From positions 1-64,000 of IMG/VR virus record IMGVR_UViG_3300025713_000650: 64,000 nt of DNA; one strand, 5' to 3'. The translations under genes and the position numbers were made by a program. Each line of letters opens with the position of its first letter. Position 1 is the stretch's first letter. The notes beneath the pieces are model-generated. The model was not told the DNA's origin, made no database searches, and worked only from the letters and a program-made list of their open reading frames with translations. The stretch comes from a virus. Taxonomy: Duplodnaviria; Caudoviricetes. Shown here piece by piece: positions 39,426 to 49,880 of the stretch.

Positions 39426-41396
39426 ATGTCAAATAATATTTCTGCTGGTGTTTATTCTAAAATTATAGATTTAAGTGAATATGTACAACAAGTACCGGGA
39501 ACAATAGGATATATTAATGCTCTAACTAAAAAGGGAAGAGATAATCAATTGATATTCATAAGTTCAAAAAGTGATTTAATTAAAGAATGGGGTGAACCAA
39601 ATATTACAGATTATGGAAAATATTATGGTCAGGGTTTATATTGTGCCTGTAATTTCTTAAGTGAATCTGGATCATTATTTTTTATGAGATGTCTTCCAGA
39701 TGATGCAACTTATGCAAATATAGTTTTATCTGCTACCAAAAGTGAAGAATTTGATAATCCTACAGTAACTGTATCTTATAATTCTTCTTTTAATTCAATA
39801 TCTGAAATAAAAACATCTCTTGAAAAAACTGATGATAATATTTACCCTTTATGTATTTTCTATCCGGTAGGTAGAGGTGAATATTACAATAATATTGGAA
39901 TAAAGATTACTGCTCATGCAAATCCAATGTTAAATGGAATTTATATTTTAGATATTTATGAAATCCAGTCAGATGGTTCAGAATTAATCGTAGAATCATT
40001 TGAAGTTTCTTTTGATCCAACCGCTATGGATCAATCTGGTGATTCTATCTGGATAGGTTATGTTTTAGAACAATATTCTTCTATTCTTAGAATGGAAATG
40101 TCTTTAACAAATGGTAATTATTCATCTGGATATGATTATCTTGTTAAAACATTTGATAAAAATATTGGAGATATTTCGGTTAATACTACCGATGGAACAG
40201 CTTCAATAATTGATACAAAACAAGATTTTTCTCCTTGGGCTGCCGTAGATTCAACTGCCGAATATATGATTATTGCAAAAGATGGATTCGGAAATAAGAT
40301 TTATGGTTGGCTTGGTGAACCTTCAGAAGAAAATGATTCAATTGGTGTTTATAATTCAAAAAATATATCTACTGGAGAAAATAATTGGTCAGGTGATGTT
40401 GAATTATTTAAAACAGAATCAAACATCACATATGAAGTAAAAAAATCAGATGTTCTTATTTCAACAGTATTTTCAGCATCACCATTACCTCTTAAAAGAG
40501 GTTCTGATGGAAATATAGTTAATGAAGATGGATCATTTAATTCTGAAAATGGAACAGATGTTTTACAAAAAGCTTTTTCTGGTCTTTTAGTCAATCCCAT
40601 AACTGGAAATAAAGAAGATGTAATGTATGATATAGATACTGTTTATTTTAATTTAGTATTTGATTGTGGGTATCCATCAGATGTTAAAACTCAAATTTCA
40701 AATCTTGTAAAAGCAAGAAAAGATTGTGTGGCTATAATTGATAATGGTGATAATTCATCTTTAACTAATTCTATTTCTGCCAGAAATGATCAATCATTTA
40801 ATAATTATCTTTGTGCAATTTATGATATTTATTCAAAAATTAATGACCAATTTACAGGACAGGATATTTGGGTTTCACCAGTTTATCATATGTCTTATAT
40901 TTTACCAAGAAATGATAGAGTTAGTGATTTATGGTATGCTCCTGCTGGATTTAATAGAGCATCAATTGATTCAATTAAAGAACTTAGATATGTACCGAAA
41001 CTTGGCGATAGAGACCAATTATATCTAAAACAAATAAATCCAATTGTAAAATTTGGAACAAATTATGTTGTTTGGAGCCAATTGACAAGTCAAACAAAAG
41101 CATCAGCTCTTCAAGATTTAAATATTACAAGACTTGTTCTTTATATAAAAAGAGCATTAGAAATTTATACTAATAATTATATATTTGAACAAAATGATCA
41201 AATTACATGGTCAGCTACTTCTGATGAAGTTTGTTCATTTTTAGAAGATATTAAACGTAAAAGAGGATTATATTCATATTCAGTTGAAGTTGGTGCAACT
41301 GAATATGAAAGAAAAACAAAGACTTATCATGTTAATGTTATTTTAGAACCAACAAGAACAACCGAAAAGATTCTCTTAAATTTCTATATTAAATAA
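39426..41396 (+). CDS. tail sheath protein
   Basis: SAGVYSKIIDLS, WYAPAGFNR, LYLKQINPI, LNITRLVLYIK. Confidence 0.92.
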   Translation: MSNNISAGVYSKIIDLSEYVQQVPGTIGYINALTKKGRDNQLIFISSKSDLIKEWGEPNITDYGKYYGQGLYCACNFLSESGSLFFMRCLPDDATYANIVLSATKSEEFDNPTVTVSYNSSFNSISEIKTSLEKTDDNIYPLCIFYPVGRGEYYNNIGIKITAHANPMLNGIYILDIYEIQSDGSELIVESFEVSFDPTAMDQSGDSIWIGYVLEQYSSILRMEMSLTNGNYSSGYDYLVKTFDKNIGDISVNTTDGTASIIDTKQDFSPWAAVDSTAEYMIIAKDGFGNKIYGWLGEPSEENDSIGVYNSKNISTGENNWSGDVELFKTESNITYEVKKSDVLISTVFSASPLPLKRGSDGNIVNEDGSFNSENGTDVLQKAFSGLLVNPITGNKEDVMYDIDTVYFNLVFDCGYPSDVKTQISNLVKARKDCVAIIDNGDNSSLTNSISARNDQSFNNYLCAIYDIYSKINDQFTGQDIWVSPVYHMSYILPRNDRVSDLWYAPAGFNRASIDSIKELRYVPKLGDRDQLYLKQINPIVKFGTNYVVWSQLTSQTKASALQDLNITRLVLYIKRALEIYTNNYIFEQNDQITWSATSDEVCSFLEDIKRKRGLYSYSVEVGATEYERKTKTYHVNVILEPTRTTEKILLNFYIK

Positions 41397-41406
41397 GTTG
41401 ACTAAA

Positions 41407-41447
41407 AAAATGGGAAGGATTAGAATTAATATTCCTTCCCATTTTTT
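41407..41447. terminator. bidirectional intrinsic terminator
   Basis: AAAATGGGAAGGA...TCCTTCCCATTTTTT. Confidence 0.75.
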
Positions 41448-41456
41448 ATTTTTTTA

Positions 41457-41561
41457 TTACAAACTCGTTGTATCCAATAAGCTTATGTATATGAATAATC
41501 CCACAAGTATAAGAATACCCTCACCTATTGACTTAATCCGATCTTTAACACTTTTTTTCAT
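41457..41561 (-). CDS. 34-aa single-TM peptide (not in ORF track)
   Basis: MKKSVKDRIKSIGEGILILVGLFIYISLLDTTSL; AAGGAG RBS; motif A upstream, terminator downstream. Confidence 0.6.
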   Translation of the reverse strand: MKKSVKDRIKSIGEGILILVGLFIYISLLDTTSL

Positions 41562-41633
41562 TTTGAATCTCCTTACGGTTTTTTCTATGCTCCTAAAAAC
41601 TCAAACCGTAATCACATATAATCAATATTATTT

Positions 41634-41654
41634 TGCACTAATTAATATATATAG
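41634..41654 (-). promoter_or_regulatory. promoter-like motif A
   Basis: CTATATATATTAATTAGTGCA. Confidence 0.65.
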
Positions 41655-41751
41655 TAATATGGTTATTTAGATAGGATATTTTGGAAGGAAAAAAGAAAAA
41701 TTAAACAATAGATTTTAAAAAGATTAAATTATAGATTAGAATTATTATTTT

Positions 41752-42873
41752 TTAACAAAATCTATTTCTTATTATTAAACATAAATAAAATGCCATAAAT
41801 GAAGAAATTTGAAATTTTGTTTGATTTGTTAATTCATCATATTTTTCTTTTATAGAATTTGAGGATTGTAAAAGTTTACATACTAATTTAGTAACTTGTT
41901 GTTTAAAATAAATAGGTTTTGAAGTTTTCTTAATTGCCATTAATTTTTGAACAATTCTAAAAAAGTTTGTTGAACATAGATCTTCTTTTTTATTTATTTC
42001 ATTTAGAAATAGTTCTAATATTACTCTAATATCATCAATATATTTAATATCATTTATTGATTTAACTAAAAATTCACAAATAAGATAATTAACTTTAGTT
42101 AAACTTCTTGCTGAATTAAATGCTTTTTGATCTACTTTTTTGAAAATTGTAATTTCTTTAGAAACAGCAATTGCAATTTTTTGTTTTGAAGATCCTAATG
42201 TTTTAGATTCTAGATCAATGTCATATTCTTCAATATCTTTAAAACCTCCTCCAGCTTCAGAAATTTTGAAATATGTTTGTGCAAAACTTCTAACACTCTG
42301 AGCAATTTTATTTCTTATATCATATACACATTTTGATATTTTCTCAGGATTATCAAATTCCTTTAAAATTTTATTAAATTTATTAATTGCAAAATTAGAA
42401 AGATAATAAATAGCATTTGATATTGTTTTTTCTCTTACAAATAAATGATTTTTTGATAAACTATCTAATGCTAATCTGAATACATTAGGATCACAATAAA
42501 CTCTTAAATGAACTCTTAATCTACTTGAATAAAATTTAATATTTAGATATGTCATTGTTGCTAATGCAGAATGTTTATCATTTTTCTTTAAGAAATAATA
42601 TATGATAAATAATAAAATATTTGTTCCATTATCCCTTAGAATAAGTTCTTTAGATAATTTGGCCGGGTAAAATTCTTTTATAAATTTACTAATATCAGTA
42701 TTTTTTAAACCTGTTAGATATAATAATTCAGTGTATTCTTTTTTAAATGGAGGAAAATAACAAGGTTTAGATAATTCCATTAACTCATTTGCGGTTTTTG
42801 TACTAACCCATTTTTTTAATTCTTTATGTTTAACATTTGATTTATCATATAAAAAATCTATAGTTAATGACAT
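41752..42873 (-). CDS. hypothetical protein in structural operon
   Basis: 373-aa ORF. Confidence 0.6.
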   Translation of the reverse strand: MSLTIDFLYDKSNVKHKELKKWVSTKTANELMELSKPCYFPPFKKEYTELLYLTGLKNTDISKFIKEFYPAKLSKELILRDNGTNILLFIIYYFLKKNDKHSALATMTYLNIKFYSSRLRVHLRVYCDPNVFRLALDSLSKNHLFVREKTISNAIYYLSNFAINKFNKILKEFDNPEKISKCVYDIRNKIAQSVRSFAQTYFKISEAGGGFKDIEEYDIDLESKTLGSSKQKIAIAVSKEITIFKKVDQKAFNSARSLTKVNYLICEFLVKSINDIKYIDDIRVILELFLNEINKKEDLCSTNFFRIVQKLMAIKKTSKPIYFKQQVTKLVCKLLQSSNSIKEKYDELTNQTKFQISSFMAFYLCLIIRNRFC

Positions 42874-42885
42874 ATTTTAGATTCC

Positions 42886-45342
42886 TTAAAAAATATTAAT
42901 ATTTATACTATCTCTTGTAAAATGAACAAGCTGTGGTGAATATTCAAATAATTCTTCCTGTATAAAAGTATCTATATCATAATCAAAGAATATATTAGAT
43001 TTTGGATGAATTAAATTACAATGAGATACCCCATCAATACTCTGAACAGTTTTTATTATTCTAGATCTATATAAATTGGTATTATTTCCAAATGTTTCAT
43101 AAAAAGTTTCTATAAGTGTATCTTTTATGGTATTTATTAAATCTACTTTATTTCCAGTATAAGATTGATCTGTAAAAACATCCAATTGGAGTTTAACAGG
43201 AATATCATAGATTGGTTGAACCCATTCAGTACCTGTGAAAATATATTTATAATTTTTATTTTCAACAAAAATCATATCATCTGTAGATACATCCATATAA
43301 ATCCAATTTGATCCGGTATATTGACAAATTTTATTTCTATGTTCCGAAAATTCTCCTGTTGGATTTTTATCAATAATATATCTATCTCCAGAAACAGGTA
43401 AATCTGGTGGTGAAGAAATAATATCAATAACAGGTAACGAACTAACATTATTAAATCTCATATTATCTAATTTACCACAAGTTGTAGTAAATTTTATATT
43501 AGTAAAATCTGTCAACATTCTAAAATTTTCTAATTCTAAATTTATAATATTTTGAAAACACGATAATTCAAAAAATTTTTTATCTTCTATTTCATTATAA
43601 TATTCTTTTTTAATTAGAGGTACATCATAAATAATTGTTGATGTTGAATCACAAATAACATTAGACATCATAATTGATTTTAATGGTTTTCTAAATGTTA
43701 ATGATGTTGAGAATGTAGAAATATCTCCAATTTCTGGGTTTGAGATTGTAAAATAAATATTCACATTATCTTTTGGAAAAGTAGTATAAGGAGTAAATTC
43801 ATAATAAAAACATTTATTGATTGGATCATTTGTCATTTCTGCAACTTTACCATTTTGAAGGATTCTTAATGAACATTCAGCATATTCATCTTCACCATTA
43901 TATGTCAATTCAAATCTTCCAGAATTTTCAGTTTTCTTAACATTTAAGTCTACTATTGTAATTCCTTCATATTCTGAATTATATGTATAATTTAAAATAG
44001 GTACTAAAGAAACTTCATTAATAATATATGAATAATTTGCTGAAGAATTAATTCTATCTATTTCTAAATCAAAAAATGTATAAAATTCTTCATCATTAAT
44101 TGTTATTTCTGTTAATTTAGGAATGTAATCTGTACTATCATTTAATTCTATTTTTCCATTTCTCATAGGAATAAATTCATCATTAAAATTTATAGTTGTG
44201 AATAATTGAATTTCATTACATTTTAAATCAGATCTTTTTAATATTGGTAATGAATTCTTGCCAAAAATATTATTTTTAAGAATCGTATTCATATTAATAT
44301 AATCAGTTTCAGATACAAGTCTTGACATTGAAACTAAATTATTGATTGCATTATTTCTTATTTCATTTATATCTTCTTCATTTTCACCATTTAATGCTGG
44401 AGAAGGATTTATACAAGAATAATCAACAAGTTTTACCTCATTATTTTCATTTGTCAAATAAATTCTATTACCTTTATTTATAGATCCTGCTATTATATTC
44501 CCATCGGAACCTAATGTTGTATAAATTGTTACATTAATTTTTGAACCCGGTTCTGGTTGGAAACCCATTAATCCATTTCCAAAGTATAATTTTAAACCAT
44601 TAGATGTTCTTTTGGAAATATAACCATATTGTGTATTATTCATTAGATATAGACTATTAAATTTTTCATATGTTACTGAAAATCCATTTGGAGAAACAAC
44701 AGAAACCTCAACACTAGATGGTTGACCTTCAAATGCAACATCAAATTCTAAAAATTGAAATGCTTGTAGATCTGAATCAACTTGAAATTCCTGTTCAATT
44801 ATTTTATATTGTCTAACAGGAAGTAAAAATGAAAATTCAGAACCTTCGGAATTAATATAAACAGGTAAATCATAAATTTTATTTCCTGTTTGTAAACTAA
44901 CTTTAGAATTTATGTTATCTATAACTGAAATATTTACAGAATAATATGTATTAAATTCAATTTCTCCTGCATAAAATTTAAAATCATTAGGAATTGTAAA
45001 TGAAACATTATTTGATTCAAATTGTAAAGGAATTGTTATAAGAACATCACAAGTTGAATATTTTGCAGATCTTGATGAATAACCCAAAAACGCTGATAAA
45101 TTTAAAACAGATTCATTTAATTGAGCCTTTGTCATAAAAAATTCTTTATAAACAGAGGTTGCATAAAATAAAATATTTGAAGTAAAAGTTGACATATTAT
45201 CAATAAAGTATGATAAGAATGAACTTTTAGTCAAATCAACTTGTTGTAAATCACCATAATATTTCAACATTTCAATCATAAATAATCTAATTTTATCTCT
45301 AGATAAAAATATATCCGAACTTGTTGATGTAATATTATTCAT
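42886..45342 (-). CDS. baseplate wedge protein (T4 gp6/J-like) with a DUF2793-like insert
   Basis: AQLNESVLNLSAFLGY, FGNG..G..P, TLGSDGN, GENEE.I.EIR, RLVSETDY; PP..P..GDRYII. Confidence 0.8.
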   Translation of the reverse strand: MNNITSTSSDIFLSRDKIRLFMIEMLKYYGDLQQVDLTKSSFLSYFIDNMSTFTSNILFYATSVYKEFFMTKAQLNESVLNLSAFLGYSSRSAKYSTCDVLITIPLQFESNNVSFTIPNDFKFYAGEIEFNTYYSVNISVIDNINSKVSLQTGNKIYDLPVYINSEGSEFSFLLPVRQYKIIEQEFQVDSDLQAFQFLEFDVAFEGQPSSVEVSVVSPNGFSVTYEKFNSLYLMNNTQYGYISKRTSNGLKLYFGNGLMGFQPEPGSKINVTIYTTLGSDGNIIAGSINKGNRIYLTNENNEVKLVDYSCINPSPALNGENEEDINEIRNNAINNLVSMSRLVSETDYINMNTILKNNIFGKNSLPILKRSDLKCNEIQLFTTINFNDEFIPMRNGKIELNDSTDYIPKLTEITINDEEFYTFFDLEIDRINSSANYSYIINEVSLVPILNYTYNSEYEGITIVDLNVKKTENSGRFELTYNGEDEYAECSLRILQNGKVAEMTNDPINKCFYYEFTPYTTFPKDNVNIYFTISNPEIGDISTFSTSLTFRKPLKSIMMSNVICDSTSTIIYDVPLIKKEYYNEIEDKKFFELSCFQNIINLELENFRMLTDFTNIKFTTTCGKLDNMRFNNVSSLPVIDIISSPPDLPVSGDRYIIDKNPTGEFSEHRNKICQYTGSNWIYMDVSTDDMIFVENKNYKYIFTGTEWVQPIYDIPVKLQLDVFTDQSYTGNKVDLINTIKDTLIETFYETFGNNTNLYRSRIIKTVQSIDGVSHCNLIHPKSNIFFDYDIDTFIQEELFEYSPQLVHFTRDSININIF

Positions 45343-45356
45343 TCTGAACTCCTAAA

Positions 45357-46007
45357 CTATATAAAATAAAATCCACTATTGTTATCAAAAAGAGGATTTG
45401 ATTTATTTTTTAAAATTTCATTTTTTTTAAGCAATCTACTTAAAAAAAGAGAATTATCTAGGGTATGAATATTTTTATCATATTCAAAAAACATAAATGT
45501 TTCTTCTAGTTGATCTTGAATATGAGTTTCATTTCTACTCTGTTCTACAACACATGTTAAATGCCAAAATGTTTTATCATAAGGAGATTGCTTTTTTATT
45601 CCTGAAATTGAATACAAATTACCTTTATTTTTATTTTCATTATTTAATAGATATGTATCATCAAGTTTAACCAAATCATTTTGATATGGAATTATTCCAT
45701 ATGAACCAGGAATTACAAATTCAAATGTTTGATCTGCTATATATCCAGTTTCTTGAGCATCAAAAATTGTATCAATATCACCCAAAAAGAAAATAGGTAA
45801 CAATAAATATTTATTCCATTTTATTCCAGATAGATTTCCAATTTTTTCATAAGAACCACTGAAAATAGTGTCATTATCCCATACTGTTGTTTCTTTATTA
45901 ATATTATAATAAGTTGATAAAAATGCTACACCATCTTTACTATAAATATCATATAATAAAAACCAATATTCCTGTATATAATCATAAATTCTCTTATAAT
46001 TTTGCAT
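45357..46007 (-). CDS. putative structural (neck/head-tail) protein
   Basis: Position in the structural operon. Confidence 0.5.
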   Translation of the reverse strand: MQNYKRIYDYIQEYWFLLYDIYSKDGVAFLSTYYNINKETTVWDNDTIFSGSYEKIGNLSGIKWNKYLLLPIFFLGDIDTIFDAQETGYIADQTFEFVIPGSYGIIPYQNDLVKLDDTYLLNNENKNKGNLYSISGIKKQSPYDKTFWHLTCVVEQSRNETHIQDQLEETFMFFEYDKNIHTLDNSLFLSRLLKKNEILKNKSNPLFDNNSGFYFI

Positions 46008-46010
46008 TAA

Positions 46011-46466
46011 TTAATCTAGTCCTACTTTTTTATTATATTTTTCAACAGCTTGTTGATAAACTAATCTCCATTTAATAACTTGTTTTTCTAATCTCTGTAG
46101 ACATTTTTCTGGATTTGCTGCATGTTCACACATTTTCATATTTTGAATTATTTTTTCAACTACTTTTTTTGCAGCCATGGCTCTACAATAATGAAACTCC
46201 ATTGCTCTTTTTCTACCAAATTTTTCTTTTTTTGATTTTTCTCTACATTCCTTATTTAAATATGAAAACAAAAGACTTGACATTGCAGAAGGTTTAAGAA
46301 TAAAATCATTTATTGCTTCATTGAGATAAATACTTATAATTTTGTCATCAGATTGTTTTTGTATATATTCAACAACTCTTTCAAAATTTTTAAAATCTAA
46401 TTTTTTTATAGATTCATTAATAATAGATTCTTTTATTCTTTTTGATATTTTATTTTTTGATTTCAT
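46011..46466 (-). CDS. hypothetical protein
   Basis: 151-aa ORF. Confidence 0.55.
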   Translation of the reverse strand: MKSKNKISKRIKESIINESIKKLDFKNFERVVEYIQKQSDDKIISIYLNEAINDFILKPSAMSSLLFSYLNKECREKSKKEKFGRKRAMEFHYCRAMAAKKVVEKIIQNMKMCEHAANPEKCLQRLEKQVIKWRLVYQQAVEKYNKKVGLD

Positions 46467-46999
46467 TATTTTATTGCCTCTTTTTGATACTTATATAATA
46501 ATTTTGTAAATTGATCTTTAGAAACATTCCTTTCAACATTTTTTTTACTTAAAGTAAATTCATCAGAAGAAAAATTTAAGAATCCAACCAATTTATAAAT
46601 TTTTTTAGTTAATGTACTATATTCAGGTAAATGAAAAATTTCTAAACTTGATTTAATAAAAGATCCTTTATTAAAAATTTTAATTTTTGAATTATAATAT
46701 ATACAATCTAATTCTTCAACAATTTTAAATCTACCTTTAAATAATTTTACTTGATGATAAATAATATCATTAACTATATCAGAGGGTACAATTGAAAGTA
46801 ATGTACAAGCATAATCTTTAATATACTTATGTTTATTTAATGGTTTATCATTATCATCTAACATTTCTCCAATAAGACCAAAATAACCATATGTATCATT
46901 TCCTAAAGGTATAAAAAATAAATGGGTATTTCCTAAAAATTTCTTTTTAAAAATCCCTTTACTATTTTTTAAGATACAATAATAAAATTTATCTTTCAT
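46466..46999 (-). CDS. hypothetical protein
   Basis: 177-aa ORF. Confidence 0.55.
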   Translation of the reverse strand: MKDKFYYCILKNSKGIFKKKFLGNTHLFFIPLGNDTYGYFGLIGEMLDDNDKPLNKHKYIKDYACTLLSIVPSDIVNDIIYHQVKLFKGRFKIVEELDCIYYNSKIKIFNKGSFIKSSLEIFHLPEYSTLTKKIYKLVGFLNFSSDEFTLSKKNVERNVSKDQFTKLLYKYQKEAIK

Positions 47000-47050
47000 T
47001 TAAAAAATTTCCTGTAAAATAAATAATTGTAAATTTTTAAGCTAATCTTT

Positions 47051-47455
47051 TTATTTAAATACATTTACTTTTAAACCTGCTTTTTCACCTTTATATGACG
47101 CAACAATATCAACAACAAACCCTTTTTCATTTTTTAAAAAATCTACATCTATACTTTCAATTTTAGCTCGATTATCAAATTGTGTTAAAATATCTCTTAT
47201 GGCTTCACCTATCTGTTGTCTAGTGTCTTCGTCAAAAGGTTCAAATAAAAAATCTTCAATATAACTTGATGTTTCTGGATCATGATCTTTGGTTCTTCTT
47301 CTAATTCTTAAAAGATTTTTCCATGAATTAATTATAACATCAATCCCTGTAATTTTTTTAAAGTCCCCCGAAGGTGAAATTTCATTTGTATAATCAACAA
47401 GTGTATCATTTGAACCTATAAGATCTTTATTAAATTTTTTTAAAATTCCTGACAT
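47051..47455 (-). CDS. baseplate gp25-like protein
   Basis: I.NS..NLL.....DPE......FLFEPFD...FDNR. Confidence 0.75.
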   Translation of the reverse strand: MSGILKKFNKDLIGSNDTLVDYTNEISPSGDFKKITGIDVIINSWKNLLRIRRRTKDHDPETSSYIEDFLFEPFDEDTRQQIGEAIRDILTQFDNRAKIESIDVDFLKNEKGFVVDIVASYKGEKAGLKVNVFK

Positions 47456-47658
47456 TAAGAAGCCTCATTTTTTAAAATTTTAGCTTTTTCATTTTCTACA
47501 TCAGATTTCCATTTAATATAATCATGAAAAATTTTAACTGGCATTTCAATAATATTCTGATATTGTTGTTTACCTAATTCCATACAACAAAAAATATTTT
47601 CATGTAATTCTTTTCTAAATTGATTTATTTGATTATATTGAGTGCACCATACGAAAAA
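47455..47658 (-). CDS. second (frameshift-extension) ORF of tail/baseplate chaperone, T4 gp51-like
   Basis: Open +1 frame ELHENIFCCMELGKQQYQNIIEMPV...; no RBS; stop overlaps the gp25 start. Confidence 0.55.
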   Translation of the reverse strand, partial: FFVWCTQYNQINQFRKELHENIFCCMELGKQQYQNIIEMPVKIFHDYIKWKSDVENEKAKILKNEAS

Positions 47659-48418
47659 AGTTTTCCACTAAATCAATATTAATAATTTCTTCATTACTAC
47701 AATGTATGCAAGTTCCCTTCATTTTTAATTCAATACCATATTTACCAAAAGTTTTTTCATATTCTTCAAATATGATTCTCTTATCTTTTGAAGGTAATGA
47801 TCTATATGCATAAATAATATCATCTCTTGAATCATAAACAATTGAATCATTTGATTCATTACTTTCTTGAATAAATTTAGTAATAATTAATGTTTCAAAA
47901 ACAGTTTCTAATGTAAATTCAGGAGATGCTAAAGATTTTATTGCCTTCTGTTCATCTTCTAATGTCGGTTGTTTTAAAATTACAGAAACACCGGTTGCAA
48001 CCTTTAAAGGAATAGTTAGTGTTTTTGTAAGTATATTATCTTCTGGATAAGGATAATAATTAAATGTATCAGATGCATTGATTGTTACTTCATACTTTTT
48101 TTCACATCTTGAACATCTAATACTATAATCTCTTATCTCATCATATGTAATATGATAAAGACCATATAAAAGACAATCTCTATCTTTAACTGTTGTATTT
48201 TTTAGAAAACTATTAAAATCTGTAATATGATCAGGTTTTGAAACTATGCACTCATAAATACATTTATTTAGATGATCTGTAATCTTAGATGCAGTCATCA
48301 TACTGCCTTTTAATCTTTCTTCTTCTTGAACTGTTAATGTTCTTAATGTAAATGAATCATGAGTATGAGGAGTTATAACCTCATACTCGGGTAATTTATA
48401 ATTAAAACCTTTAAACAT
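47633..48418 (-). CDS. baseplate hub / tail assembly chaperone (T4 gp26-like)
   Basis: LPEYEV..P, RTLTVQEE, DRD.LL, two CxxC, ends ENFFR. Confidence 0.75.
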   Translation of the reverse strand: MFKGFNYKLPEYEVITPHTHDSFTLRTLTVQEEERLKGSMMTASKITDHLNKCIYECIVSKPDHITDFNSFLKNTTVKDRDCLLYGLYHITYDEIRDYSIRCSRCEKKYEVTINASDTFNYYPYPEDNILTKTLTIPLKVATGVSVILKQPTLEDEQKAIKSLASPEFTLETVFETLIITKFIQESNESNDSIVYDSRDDIIYAYRSLPSKDKRIIFEEYEKTFGKYGIELKMKGTCIHCSNEEIINIDLVENFFRMVHSI

Positions 48419-48485
48419 GTTTATCTCCTTTCTATTTTAGATATTCGTTTTTAAAATGTATAAGAATTCTTGAAGTTTACAAAAA

Positions 48486-49202
48486 TTAAGAAACAGGTCT
48501 ATAATTTTCAACTGTTTCTTTACTTTTTCTAAGAGAACTAATTAGATTTTTACATCTTTCTTTAACCCAAGGTTCATGCCAAGTATAATCTACGTTAAAT
48601 TCAATTTCAATATCTAATCTACCAACAGATTCAACATCACTTCCCATCATATCTTGAGGATCTCTTGTTGGAAAAACACCATCATAACATGCATAATATT
48701 GAATTGTTTCAGCATCAGGTGCCGTTGTAAAATATAACATAGTCCCAGCATATGCTTTTTTAGAATATCCTTCGCCTGAATCACCAGCAACTAGACTTGA
48801 AACACCGGTTCTATAATCTCTTATCATCTTAACCCATCCATGCATAATATCAAAGATAGGTGTATTCATAAATTCTAAGAATTTTACAGAAACAGAGTTT
48901 CCATAATCAATATTTCCAGGAACTGACCATCTGATCCCACCTAAACCTGTGAACTCAATTTTATTTAATGTTCCTCCTGGGGGTGTTACACTTAAACAAG
49001 ATGCTGCTAAAATGTTTTTGACTTCTTCTTCAGTAGATATACCACTATTCATATTTACAGTATAATCTATTAATTTAGGTGGAACTTTAGTAAACCAGAT
49101 AAAATGCGTACCTGTAACATATGGTTCGGCAATACCAACAGAAGTTCCGCCAAACTTTCTTGTTAAAATGTTATTATTAAGTTCGGCAAAAGAAAATTTC
49201 AT
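48486..49202 (-). CDS. tail tube protein
   Basis: SVTPPG.T, VPG.IDY, YDGVFP, IEFNVD; context. Confidence 0.7.
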   Translation of the reverse strand: MKFSFAELNNNILTRKFGGTSVGIAEPYVTGTHFIWFTKVPPKLIDYTVNMNSGISTEEEVKNILAASCLSVTPPGGTLNKIEFTGLGGIRWSVPGNIDYGNSVSVKFLEFMNTPIFDIMHGWVKMIRDYRTGVSSLVAGDSGEGYSKKAYAGTMLYFTTAPDAETIQYYACYDGVFPTRDPQDMMGSDVESVGRLDIEIEFNVDYTWHEPWVKERCKNLISSLRKSKETVENYRPVS

Positions 49203-49261
49203 AATTTTATTTCCTCCTAAAAATCACTCTCTATAATAAATAAAGTTTATAATTTTTTTAA

Positions 49262-49270
49262 TTTGTTCTA
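49262..49270 (-). promoter_or_regulatory. promoter-like motif B upstream of the tube/baseplate operon
   Basis: TAGAACAAA. Confidence 0.5.
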
Positions 49271-49297
49271 ATTAAAAATTAAGAATATCAAATTTTT

Positions 49298-49816
49298 TTA
49301 ATTTTCTATTTTTTTTAAAAATTTTTTCATTATAAATAATGTTTTTATCCAGTTATCAAATTGAATAGCCATATCATCAATATAAGCAACTGCGGGTATT
49401 TTTATGCATGTAATATCATCATAATAAATATTATGTTTCTTTAAATATTTTTCAATATCTATTTTAGATTGTCTTGTTTTTTCTTCATCACCATTATTTG
49501 CTTCTAAACTTAACCTTGCTGTAAAAATAACAATTCTAAAATATTTACTTAAAATATCAATTGCTTTTTTTACACCATTCGTAGGTACATCATAAATAGT
49601 CCCATCATTAAATCCTTTAGAATATTTATGAATGGGACCATCAAAATCAATTAAAATATTTAATTTTCTTTCGGGTTTTTCATTTGATTCTTCTAATTCT
49701 TCTTTTTCCTTTTTATCTGTAATTTCATTGCCTCCTGGAAAACTATCTATTGCAAAAACTGATTCTAATTCACCATTTAATTTTTTTTCTAAAAGTTTAA
49801 ATATTTCTTTTTTCAT
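49298..49816 (-). CDS. HAD-superfamily hydrolase
   Basis: IDFDGPIH, IFTAR, KIPAVAYIDD. Confidence 0.8.
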   Translation of the reverse strand: MKKEIFKLLEKKLNGELESVFAIDSFPGGNEITDKKEKEELEESNEKPERKLNILIDFDGPIHKYSKGFNDGTIYDVPTNGVKKAIDILSKYFRIVIFTARLSLEANNGDEEKTRQSKIDIEKYLKKHNIYYDDITCIKIPAVAYIDDMAIQFDNWIKTLFIMKKFLKKIEN

Positions 49817-49880
49817 TTTGGCTCCTTTGTTTTTTGTTCTAAAATAAGTATATTCTTGACAAAAAAAAATTATTAAATTA

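Noticed and set aside
41398-41670. + strand 90-aa ORF
   Set aside because: It runs through a terminator; the minus-strand micro-gene has an RBS and a promoter motif.
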